64,000 nt of DNA from a virus (lineage: Duplodnaviria > Heunggongvirae > Uroviricota > Caudoviricetes). Of the stretch, positions 56,244 to 64,000 are shown piece by piece. The translations under genes were made by a program, and so were the position numbers. The stretch covers positions 34,991-98,990 of IMG/VR virus record IMGVR_UViG_3300008259_000020. One strand, 5' to 3'. Every line of letters begins with the position of its first letter. Positions within the stretch are counted from its first letter, which is position 1. The notes beneath the pieces were generated by a model. It did not search any database, was not told the origin of the DNA, and saw only the letters and a list, made by a program, of their open reading frames with translations.

Positions 56244-56579
56244 ATGGCAAGAACACCAAGAACACCAAAAACACTACAAGAAGACAGTCAGTTCAACAAG
56301 TTTGACACAGACGGCGACGGAGTTGTTTCCGACGACGAACTTGCAAAAGCAGAACGTATTGTTGACTTAGAAAACAAGGATCAAAAAGAAGACCAACTTA
56401 GAAGAATGGCATGGGTAGCCATGTTAAGTATGGTTGTCTTTACAGTACTATTGTTTTTACCTTTTATTGGAATTGAAAGATTGGCAGCATTGGATAATAT
56501 CCTAAGCATGTTCTACATTGCACAAGCAGGCGTAGTAGCATCATTCTTCGGATCCAGTGCTTATATGAGTCGTTCATAA
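56244..56579 (+). CDS. EF-hand calcium-binding membrane protein
   Basis: DTDGDGVVSDDE is a canonical 12-residue EF-hand loop (D1, D3, D5, G6, E12), followed by two TM segments. Confidence 0.5.
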   Translation: MARTPRTPKTLQEDSQFNKFDTDGDGVVSDDELAKAERIVDLENKDQKEDQLRRMAWVAMLSMVVFTVLLFLPFIGIERLAALDNILSMFYIAQAGVVASFFGSSAYMSRS

Positions 56580-56600
56580 CGAACGTTTTATTTGAATAAT

Positions 56601-56640
56601 AACAAGGAGCCTGTGGGCTCCTTGTCTGCTTTTTTATTTT
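56601..56640 (+). terminator. rho-independent terminator
   Basis: CAAGGAGCCtgtgGGCTCCTTG followed by tctgcttttttatttt. Confidence 0.7.
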
Positions 56641-56688
56641 GTATCTGATATATATGTATAAGACATAGAACAAAAAGGCAAAACTAGC

Positions 56689-56928
56689 ATGATTTGGATA
56701 GATTATAATATAACTCAAGCCGGCGGCAATTTTAGAGTCGAAGGTGAATGGCCTGGAGAAGTTATGGGGCTCGACAGACAGGGCAATCCCGGAAACAAGA
56801 AACGTCCGTTGTATCAACCCGGTGATGTTTTTATAGTTAACAAGGATGGGTGGCTTGTTAAACAAGAAGAATTGACATCACTGATGTTAACATATGAGAG
56901 TAAAAAATCTACTTTGTCAGGGCAATAA
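56689..56928 (+). CDS. hypothetical protein (79 aa)
   Basis: ORF after the terminator; its end overlaps the convergent cyclase gene. Confidence 0.3.
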   Translation: MIWIDYNITQAGGNFRVEGEWPGEVMGLDRQGNPGNKKRPLYQPGDVFIVNKDGWLVKQEELTSLMLTYESKKSTLSGQ

Positions 56929-58951
56929 ACACGCCATTCCAATCTGCTGGCAATGTTTGCGTTTTCATGTATTCACAACGTTCAATCCACATATCGTAGT
57001 ATTTTTCCATTTTGCCGTCAAATGCTCTGCGAATTAAATTACACTGTTCTATTGCTTCATCAAACTGTTTCATACGATATAGTTTGTGCATTTGATCATG
57101 ATGTTTTTTACTGGTTTTCCATGTTGGTTTAACATCGTCTAATACAGTATAGATAGCAACACCTACAGTTTTACCTTTAACTGCTAAGTCATCTACTTTG
57201 AGGAAGAAGAATTCGTCTTTGCACTGTTCTACTGTAGCGCCACCCACGAGTAATAAGCAGCCGTATTCTTTACATTTTGATTCGATTCTTGCGGCGGTGC
57301 TGACTGCGTCTCCAAGTACGTCGTAACTGTGACGTTTGGTTGACCCCATTTCTCCGATGTATCCGAGACCTGTGTTGATTCCGGCGCCCATGCCAACTGG
57401 TGGTCTTCCTTGGGGTATGATGACTGTTTCATTAAAATTCTCTACTGCTCGTAACATTTTTAAACCAGTAGCAACTGCTGTCTTTGCATGTTCAGGATCG
57501 TCTACTGGTGCATTGTGTATATGCATACTTGCATCACCGATATATTTAATAATCATACCGTTTGCATCTAGCACAGGCTGTGTGATAGCATCCATGTATC
57601 CATTCATTATTTTAGTAAGTCCTGCAACATCGTCGCCGAAACTTTCACCTAATGGTGTAAAGCCACGTAAATCGCTAAACAGTATGCTTACTTCTTTCTT
57701 CATGCCTTTCTTGACAAGATCTGGGTTTGTTTGCAATAACTTAACTACGGCAGGTGATGCATATCCTTCGAACTGTTTCTTGATTGCTTGCTTTTGTAAG
57801 AACTCACTTACAAATTTGATTACATAACGTATAATACCTACAAGCAATAGAAACGCCGCAGGTAAAAATCCATCAATCAAGAAGTTGTAGGTAGCAAAGG
57901 CATAGATGCTACCACCGATTGACCCACCTACAAGTATTACAAAAATGCCAATGCCCGCATAAGTCCAACGTGCAGCAACTATTAGTGCTAATCCGGCAAG
58001 TACAAATGCTAATAATTCGGCACCTGGTGACCATGCAGGGCGTTCTATGTTACTTGCATTAAACACTGTGCCTAACATCATAGCCTGTAGTTCATGTGGC
58101 CACACGCCGCCTTTGGCTGTTGCAATTGGTTGTGTAATGCCAGCCGCAGTAGGACCTACAAATACTATACCTCCGGCAAAGTCTGCAGGTAGTTCTGCTG
58201 CACTGTGACTGCTAAAGCCTTGACTCCAGTCTAACCATACTCTACCAAGTCCATCAGTTTGTAGTACACCGTATTGCGGAATTCGTAATTTGTCAACTCC
58301 CAACGGTGATAATTTGATTTGGAAACTAGGATCCCCTGCTAGAACTCTAAGCACTTCCATAGTAACGTTAGGGTATAGTATTCCTCCACTTTCTAGTACT
58401 AGCGGAGCACGTCTGACAACTCCATCAATTTCTGGAAAGGTATTGATAATTCCTGACCCAACTGCTGCATTTTCAATGGCAGGCACGTTTGCTGTGATGC
58501 CAGGCACGGCAGGGATAAGATCAATAAAGTCACTATTAATGATACTAGCACCAGGGTTGATTGGTTCATTTTTATTTTCCTCAGTTCCTAACATTGTAAC
58601 TACAACAGGATAATTACCCATAGTAGTTGATAGTATCCTGTCTTGTCCTGCTCTGTCTGTTTCGCTCATCAACACGTTAAACACAACTAGTCCTGCGCCA
58701 CGTGCATATAGATCCTCTATTAGTTTAGCATAATCGCCTCTTGGCCAAGGCCACTGACCGCGAGCAGTAATACTTGCTTCATCTATATTAACTGTATAAA
58801 TGTTATTTTCTACAGGTGCTTGATTTACTATCAACTGATCAAAATATCGTAAACGTAGACTTTCCAAAAAATCAGGGTTACTGAACTGTAACCAGCCCAA
58901 CAACCCTAAAATTACAATGCTCCAAACAGGTGATAATAACAGTTTTTTCAC
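56909..58951 (-). CDS. CHASE2 sensor-domain class III adenylate/guanylate cyclase
   Basis: N-terminal signal/TM, then a periplasmic CHASE2-like region, three TM segments, then the cyclase core ILFSDLRGFTPLGESFGDD...IKYIGDASM...GINTGLGYIGEMGS...VLGDAVSTAARIES (metal-binding Asp and transition-state residues in the canonical CHD arrangement). Confidence 0.7.
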   Translation of the reverse strand: MKKLLLSPVWSIVILGLLGWLQFSNPDFLESLRLRYFDQLIVNQAPVENNIYTVNIDEASITARGQWPWPRGDYAKLIEDLYARGAGLVVFNVLMSETDRAGQDRILSTTMGNYPVVVTMLGTEENKNEPINPGASIINSDFIDLIPAVPGITANVPAIENAAVGSGIINTFPEIDGVVRRAPLVLESGGILYPNVTMEVLRVLAGDPSFQIKLSPLGVDKLRIPQYGVLQTDGLGRVWLDWSQGFSSHSAAELPADFAGGIVFVGPTAAGITQPIATAKGGVWPHELQAMMLGTVFNASNIERPAWSPGAELLAFVLAGLALIVAARWTYAGIGIFVILVGGSIGGSIYAFATYNFLIDGFLPAAFLLLVGIIRYVIKFVSEFLQKQAIKKQFEGYASPAVVKLLQTNPDLVKKGMKKEVSILFSDLRGFTPLGESFGDDVAGLTKIMNGYMDAITQPVLDANGMIIKYIGDASMHIHNAPVDDPEHAKTAVATGLKMLRAVENFNETVIIPQGRPPVGMGAGINTGLGYIGEMGSTKRHSYDVLGDAVSTAARIESKCKEYGCLLLVGGATVEQCKDEFFFLKVDDLAVKGKTVGVAIYTVLDDVKPTWKTSKKHHDQMHKLYRMKQFDEAIEQCNLIRRAFDGKMEKYYDMWIERCEYMKTQTLPADWNGVFIALTK

Positions 58952-59199
58952 AATTTTTTTCCTAACAGTTTTGCTTTTAGTGCATCCATTTCTTGAGATT
59001 TATTTTTTACCGGGTGTTTTTCTTCCGCCACCACATACTGGGATTGTGCTTTAGAATTTTTATAGGGTTCTTGGTCCCATCCATTGCGGCTTCTAATAGC
59101 GGCGATGCGGGCCTGAATTTCAGCAACTCTAACAGAGATTTCTGATGCTCCGGGGTTTTCATTTGCTTCTTTCAAGAATAGATTTCTAAACCAGTTCAT
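58948..59199 (-). CDS. small hypothetical protein (83 aa)
   Basis: ATGA-coupled to the cyclase; TATAAA-rich late-promoter-like sequence upstream. Confidence 0.35.
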   Translation of the reverse strand: MNWFRNLFLKEANENPGASEISVRVAEIQARIAAIRSRNGWDQEPYKNSKAQSQYVVAEEKHPVKNKSQEMDALKAKLLGKKL

Positions 59200-59285
59200 T
59201 TAGTATATTTATTTTATAAACTCTATAATTTTAAATTATAGTTAGTTAGAAAGATAGGCTCCGAAGAGCCTATCTTGTTTTTACA

Positions 59286-61295
59286 TTAGAACTTTAGTGA
59301 AAGACCAGCACTGATTGATGTGCTGCTTGATGTTTCTGTTCCAAACTGTGTTGCTGAAACATTTACATTTGCTTTTCCTATGTCTTTGTTAACGCCAATC
59401 CCTAGCTTTGTGCTACCATCAGTGTTATAAATTGCACTCAAATTTACCAATCCTACATCTACGTCAGCACCAATAGTTGCATAGCCGTAGGTTTCTTCAG
59501 AACCGGTGTTGACCAGTTTGGCTTGTATGCTTCCTATTTCGCCATACCCATCAGTTGATTTTTTGCCAACAGTATACCCTAATATTGGATGTACAACATT
59601 TGTATTTGGACGTAGTTCAATGCTTGCCCAATTATCAGTTGCCGATGTTAATCCGTGTGCAGAAAAGTATGGACTAAAAAGTACACAGCAAGGACCAATA
59701 GTTCTACTGTACGCTAGATCAGTTGACGCAGTGTTAGCAGTACCGGTGATTGTAAATTTTTCCATTTCTTTGCCAACTGTTATACCAATTTTAGTTGTTC
59801 TTGACGCACCAGTTGAATTGTTACCTGACAACTCCGATGACATGCTAACAAGGCCGCCGCCTATTATTAAACCACTGTCAGTTGTGGTATTTACACCTAG
59901 TGAGAAGTACTGTGTATCAGCAGTGTATCCGGTGTCTGTTTCACTGCTGATGCGTCCGGCGTTAACACCAGAACCGAATCCAATGTTATGTGCTAGATTT
60001 AGGTCTAACATTGCATTTATTTGGTCCATACGTCCTATAAATGGTAGAGGGAAAGTAATTGCTGTAGTGATGTCATTGCGTAATACTGTTGTGACTGTTG
60101 GTGTTCCATCTGTTACAACAACACTGCTGTCACTGTAAGTATCTGTAGTACGCACAAATGATGTGGTAGTTACATCAACTGGTGTTGTTGTAGTTGTTGT
60201 GGTTTCACGAGCAATTGTTTGCACGCCATCTGCTACACTGCTGTCGTGTGTTGTAATACTTGCTGTTAGCACAGGAAGTGTTGTACTCGGTGCTTCGGTT
60301 GTTGAAGTTATTGTAGCAGTTGTAGTAGAAGTAATAGTAGGTGTGCCGCCACCGCTTGCTGCATCAGTTGCACTTCCCACGTCGGTTAGTGTCCATCCAG
60401 TTGGTAACACGCCGGGTGTTCCGCCGCCAGCACCACCGTCAATTGCAGAATCTGCTGCATCAAACGCACTTGGTCCAAATATATAAGCATAACTTGCTGT
60501 GAGAATATCGCCTGCGCTAACACTTAACCAATTCCACGAAAGACCAATTGTATCATCTGCATTACAATATAGTACGCCTGCGCCGCAAGATGCATCTGCA
60601 TTTATGTATGAATCTGCTTCTGAGCTCCAACTGTTGATGCCTGCTGCTACGTTTGTATCTGTTGAATATAAACCTAGTGCATAACGTGAAACAGTTGCTT
60701 CGCTGAATGCAACGTTAGTTGATGGGATACCTGAGTAACCTAATACGTTGTCTGTGCTTGAGCTATCGCCGGCCATACCTTGGCTATCCGGATCGATAAA
60801 TTTACCAAACCAAACACTTGATGCTGCACTACCAGCAACAATTGTTGTTGTCACATCAACAAATGATGCAGTTGTACCCAATGTAAATGTATTTGTAACA
60901 TTCCATGTTGAACTGCCAAATGCTCTATCGCCGCTCCATGTTAACGTGTTAGTACCGTCAGTTAATCCGTCTGCATCAACAAATGATGTAGAACCGGTAT
61001 TGTTGTTTGCAGCATTGACGCCGTCAACCTTAAGAGAGAATCCGTCAAACGGTGCTCCTGGTGTTAGATAATCAAAGCCAGCGTTGAATGTTCCTGTTCC
61101 AGTTGGATCGAATAGTAGGCCAGGACTGGTTCCGCCACCGCTTCCAAATGTACCGGAGTTTTTGTTTACACCAGCCTTAACCCAATTATTTTCAAGTACA
61201 CCCATGCTGGATGTGCCATTAATGCTACTGGTATCAGCAAATGCTGTTGTGCTTAGTAAAAGAGCCAGCACAGTGCCCCCTATTATTCGTCTCAT
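59286..61295 (-). CDS. large secreted Thr/Ser/Gly-rich protein with a C-terminal outer-membrane beta-barrel signature (terminal Phe)
   Basis: Signal peptide MRRIIGGTVLALLLSTTAFA, poly-Thr linker TTTTTTTPVDVTTT, C-terminal alternating hydrophobic pattern ending ...SAGLSLKF. Confidence 0.45.
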   Translation of the reverse strand: MRRIIGGTVLALLLSTTAFADTSSINGTSSMGVLENNWVKAGVNKNSGTFGSGGGTSPGLLFDPTGTGTFNAGFDYLTPGAPFDGFSLKVDGVNAANNNTGSTSFVDADGLTDGTNTLTWSGDRAFGSSTWNVTNTFTLGTTASFVDVTTTIVAGSAASSVWFGKFIDPDSQGMAGDSSSTDNVLGYSGIPSTNVAFSEATVSRYALGLYSTDTNVAAGINSWSSEADSYINADASCGAGVLYCNADDTIGLSWNWLSVSAGDILTASYAYIFGPSAFDAADSAIDGGAGGGTPGVLPTGWTLTDVGSATDAASGGGTPTITSTTTATITSTTEAPSTTLPVLTASITTHDSSVADGVQTIARETTTTTTTPVDVTTTSFVRTTDTYSDSSVVVTDGTPTVTTVLRNDITTAITFPLPFIGRMDQINAMLDLNLAHNIGFGSGVNAGRISSETDTGYTADTQYFSLGVNTTTDSGLIIGGGLVSMSSELSGNNSTGASRTTKIGITVGKEMEKFTITGTANTASTDLAYSRTIGPCCVLFSPYFSAHGLTSATDNWASIELRPNTNVVHPILGYTVGKKSTDGYGEIGSIQAKLVNTGSEETYGYATIGADVDVGLVNLSAIYNTDGSTKLGIGVNKDIGKANVNVSATQFGTETSSSTSISAGLSLKF

Positions 61296-61323
61296 TTTTT
61301 GCCCTCCATGAGATCTTGTTATG

Positions 61324-61674
61324 TTATTTAAGTTGTAGTTCTATTCCTAAAACCACGCCTATATTAGTTTCGTCGTTGTTTTTTTCAAAACCTGGCGCAA
61401 CAAAAAATCTTGCCTTTCCCATATCGTAAGTGCCTCTAGCATACGGAGTAATTGCACCAAGTTCTTCATAGCCTGTTGCTATAGTAAACTCGATACCTGT
61501 TTTTTCAGTTGGTTCTAGTCTATAACCTCCGTAAAGACTAATCCTTTCTTCGCTGTTGTAGTATGCGCCTGCGATAAAATTATTTTCTTGTAATCTTAAA
61601 TGCGGATGTAGACTATTGTAATCTCCCTCCATTCCTAAATGACTGCTTAATGCCATTGCCCATATTAAATCCAT
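61324..61674 (-). CDS. hypothetical protein (116 aa) in the curli-like cluster
   Basis: ORF between the FecR-like and large OM proteins; possible accessory factor. Confidence 0.3.
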   Translation of the reverse strand: MDLIWAMALSSHLGMEGDYNSLHPHLRLQENNFIAGAYYNSEERISLYGGYRLEPTEKTGIEFTIATGYEELGAITPYARGTYDMGKARFFVAPGFEKNNDETNIGVVLGIELQLK

Positions 61675-61677
61675 TTG

Positions 61678-62772
61678 TTACTCCTGTTGATTGATATTAA
61701 TTGTATTATTTCCTACACCTATCCTATATCCGTATATACTAAATCCATTTTGAACCACACCCAGTGTATACCCATATCCTTGACTTAACATTAAATCAAT
61801 CATATGAGAATTTTCGCTTCTTCTAAAAATATTATTAGGCGGAACCTCGTCATAAAATATTCCTGTTTCAGGATCCAATCCTAAAAACTTTTCTTCAAAA
61901 AACGCAGTATTTTGTGTGTCTAGTTCGCTTAATAACTTTTGCATCACTTCTTTCATCACTGCTGTCAGTTGATCTACAAACACTTCGTTGAGATATGTGT
62001 TTGTATCCAAGTCTGTTACCCATATATTTTTAATACCCTCCACAAGCGGATCCTTGTCTAATTCATCAAAAGCCAAAAAGTCTATGTCTAGTAAATCAAC
62101 TGCTGGCTGTGCATCTTCTGCTGCTTCGTCATAAGGATCAACTCGTCTAACAATCAGCATACTACGAAGCATGTCTTCGGGCAGTTCTAATATTACAGGT
62201 GGTTTAGGTACCATACCGTTATGAGCAACCACTGTGGTCTGAAAGGCTTGATTCATTATAACTATACCTTCGTCTGTTTCAACAGTTATTTCGCCAACCA
62301 CGCACATGCCAGCAGTGTTGCAACTTGGCAACAGTGTAACCATACTGCCGCCGATTTCGTCTACAATCATCATAAAGTCTGTTCCACGTACACCGATAGT
62401 TGCACTTGGTGTTTCGATATTAACATTTTGTCTGCTGTTCTTAGCAATAGCGCCACTGGCATAACGAACAGCACCTAGCGTTGCTCGCATACTCAATTCA
62501 CCAGTACCACTGTTAGGATCATACACAAACTCATCAATGACCATGCGGCTGTGTTCAGTAACATCAACACGAGTATCGTCCGCAAACTGTAATTGCATAC
62601 GACCGTTGGCAGTAGCAATTGTATCTTGCATTTCGAGTCCTACACCTTGTTCTCCGAGTATCTCTGTGGACTCACGCTTAACAATACCACTGCCATCGAT
62701 GGTTGCTATTTCGCCTACATTGGCATATGCGGTATTAGCTATCAACAGCAATGGTATAATATATTTCAGCAT
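61678..62772 (-). CDS. periplasmic FecR-domain protein with a C-terminal curlin-like motif
   Basis: Signal peptide MLKYIIPLLLIANTAYA. FecR-type beta-sandwich pattern GEIATIDGSGIVKRE...MQDTIATANGRMQLQFADDTRVDVTEHSRMVID. C-terminus VQNGFSIYGYRIGVGNNTININQQE. Confidence 0.4.
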   Translation of the reverse strand: MLKYIIPLLLIANTAYANVGEIATIDGSGIVKRESTEILGEQGVGLEMQDTIATANGRMQLQFADDTRVDVTEHSRMVIDEFVYDPNSGTGELSMRATLGAVRYASGAIAKNSRQNVNIETPSATIGVRGTDFMMIVDEIGGSMVTLLPSCNTAGMCVVGEITVETDEGIVIMNQAFQTTVVAHNGMVPKPPVILELPEDMLRSMLIVRRVDPYDEAAEDAQPAVDLLDIDFLAFDELDKDPLVEGIKNIWVTDLDTNTYLNEVFVDQLTAVMKEVMQKLLSELDTQNTAFFEEKFLGLDPETGIFYDEVPPNNIFRRSENSHMIDLMLSQGYGYTLGVVQNGFSIYGYRIGVGNNTININQQE

Positions 62773-63464
62773 TAATCAGTCTGTGTAATTGTTACAGTCC
62801 CGTCGTTGGCCGTTGATGTTACATTAACGGTCTTGTCCGTTAATCCGCTTTGTGTTATGTTGATATTATTTCCGCCACCTGTTAAATCATAGGTAATACT
62901 GTGTCCGTTTACACCGCCTGCATCATCTTGATCTATGGTAACAGTGTTGCCGCTGGCTGCTAAACTATTGTCAATGGTAAATGTAACATCAGCATTGGTT
63001 GCATCCAAGTTGGCTAAAATAACGTTGCCGTCGCCGTCGATGGTAAATTCTGCTACAAGGTTATCTGTAACTTTATTTTCACCAATATATACGCTAAAGT
63101 CGTTGCTGTTTCCATTAACTGTAATGTCAACTGTTACAATTTCGCAGTTTGCGCCGTTTGTTATATCGCAGGTTAAATCAACTGTGTTGCTGTCCCCGTT
63201 GAATATCCAGTCACCTGTATATGTATTGCCCTTAATAGTTGCTGCTATAACGTTATAATCGCCGTTTTGTGTAATATCAAATGTCATATCATCACCTGAA
63301 AGCAAGGCAGGTGCAGTTGTTGACAGGTCGCCGATCTTGTTGCCAGAACCGGTTTGACTAACAGTCAATGCAAGGTTGTCCCCTATTTGTTGTATGTAGA
63401 TTTCGTTAGCCAAGGCCGCAGAACTAACTAGTACAAACAAGGCCCCTATTATTATTTTTTTCAT
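62772..63464 (-). CDS. curlin-repeat (CsgA/CsgB-like) secreted beta-solenoid protein
   Basis: Signal peptide MKKIIIGALFVLVSSAALA. IQQIGDNLALTVSQTGSGNKIG fits the curlin repeat Q-x-G-x-x-N-x-A-x-x-x-Q-x-G-x-G-N, followed by many NG.(N/S)N..(I/V).(Q/D) repeats. Confidence 0.5.
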   Translation of the reverse strand: MKKIIIGALFVLVSSAALANEIYIQQIGDNLALTVSQTGSGNKIGDLSTTAPALLSGDDMTFDITQNGDYNVIAATIKGNTYTGDWIFNGDSNTVDLTCDITNGANCEIVTVDITVNGNSNDFSVYIGENKVTDNLVAEFTIDGDGNVILANLDATNADVTFTIDNSLAASGNTVTIDQDDAGGVNGHSITYDLTGGGNNINITQSGLTDKTVNVTSTANDGTVTITQTD

Positions 63465-63476
63465 TTTTTATTGCCC

Positions 63477-64000
63477 TCATTTAAAACTCCACAGCTCTCT
63501 ACGAGCTCCTTCGTATATTAGTTCTATTATTCCTGCCTCTATTGCTGCCCTCACAGCATAGTTGGTAGGTTCGTTGACACTAAATCCACTCTCGATTTCC
63601 AGTGCCTTGGTGCTCATGTCTAAGAACTTAAATACATCTGCACCAGTTTTGTGACTAGCTATAGTTTTCTCAGTAGCCACACTTATTAGCACTCTTCCTG
63701 TGCTAACACTTACTAAACGCATTGCAACTGTTACAGTATCTACTCTGTACTCCGATCCTGCGCCTATTCCAAAGTAACGTGCTCCGGTTCCTCCTGTTGC
63801 TACGTTACTGTCATATCCCACTATTCCGCCTTCTAGTATCAACCCTGCAAATTGCATAGGATTCAATGGATCAGGATTGTCTAAATAATTTTCTCTTGTT
63901 TGACGTATAAGTTGACGTTCTGCAATTACATTGTCCATGCCTACACGTTCTACAACTTCAAACCAACTGCCGTTGCCTACCTGCATCAGTGCATCTATTA
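63477..64000 (-). CDS. csgG: CsgG-family curli secretion channel lipoprotein, partial (N-terminus beyond the right edge)
   Basis: EGGIVGYDSNVATGGTGARYFGIGAGSEYRVDTVTVAMRLVSVSTGRVLISVATEKTI...NEPTNYAVRAAIEAGIIELIYEGARRELW is collinear with E. coli CsgG EGSIIGYESNVKSGGVGARYFGIGADTQYQLDQIAVNLRVVNVSTGEILSSVNTSKTI...NEPVMLCLMSAIETGVIFLINDGIDRGLW. Confidence 0.8.
   Translation of the reverse strand, partial: IDALMQVGNGSWFEVVERVGMDNVIAERQLIRQTRENYLDNPDPLNPMQFAGLILEGGIVGYDSNVATGGTGARYFGIGAGSEYRVDTVTVAMRLVSVSTGRVLISVATEKTIASHKTGADVFKFLDMSTKALEIESGFSVNEPTNYAVRAAIEAGIIELIYEGARRELWSFK

Overview
The window reads as part of a large, AT-rich (roughly 40% GC by eye), phage-like genome, probably a jumbo myovirus type. 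Genes are tightly packed, often with overlapping ATGA stop/start junctions, and almost all are on the minus strand.

Order of content:
1. A partial B12-binding radical SAM gene at the left edge.
2. A small orphan fragment homologous to the C-family replicative polymerase (DnaE).
3. A ~12.7 kb tail-fibre/structural module (2.1-14.8 kb). It holds three paralogous fibre genes with a shared N-terminal domain, a fourth product with a weaker version of it, plus an ~1190-aa fibre with Ig-like repeats.
4. An accessory and DNA-metabolism block: IscA/HesB, UvdE, a GT-A glycosyltransferase, a QueD/PTPS-like protein, bona fide ClpP and an ATP-dependent DNA ligase.
5. Two dense tRNA arrays (23.9-28.6 kb and 40.5-43.1 kb) with about 31 cloverleaf tRNAs, most encoding CCA, plus two degenerate tRNA-like elements.
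6. Between the arrays, a T4-like RNA-repair island: polynucleotide kinase and phosphatase as separate genes, an Rnl1-type RNA ligase that looks frameshifted, a PTH2 peptidyl-tRNA hydrolase and two metallophosphoesterases.
7. Further right: an Orn/Lys/Arg-type PLP decarboxylase, a TilS-like tRNA(Ile)-lysidine synthetase, a DNA methyltransferase next to a DGQHR (DndB/DpdB-like) protein, and phage-encoded translation initiation factor IF-1.
8. A short plus-strand cassette of paralogous membrane proteins and an EF-hand membrane protein.
9. A CHASE2-sensor class III adenylate/guanylate cyclase.
10. At the right edge, a curli-like secretion module: a CsgG homolog, a curlin-repeat protein, a FecR-domain protein and a large protein with a C-terminal outer-membrane signature.

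The regions I consider most worth a second look are the curli-like module together with the cyclase (56.9-64 kb), the translation and tRNA-repair toolkit, and the DGQHR/methyltransferase cassette. No CRISPR array was seen. All calls come from reading the translations and DNA by eye; no database search was run.
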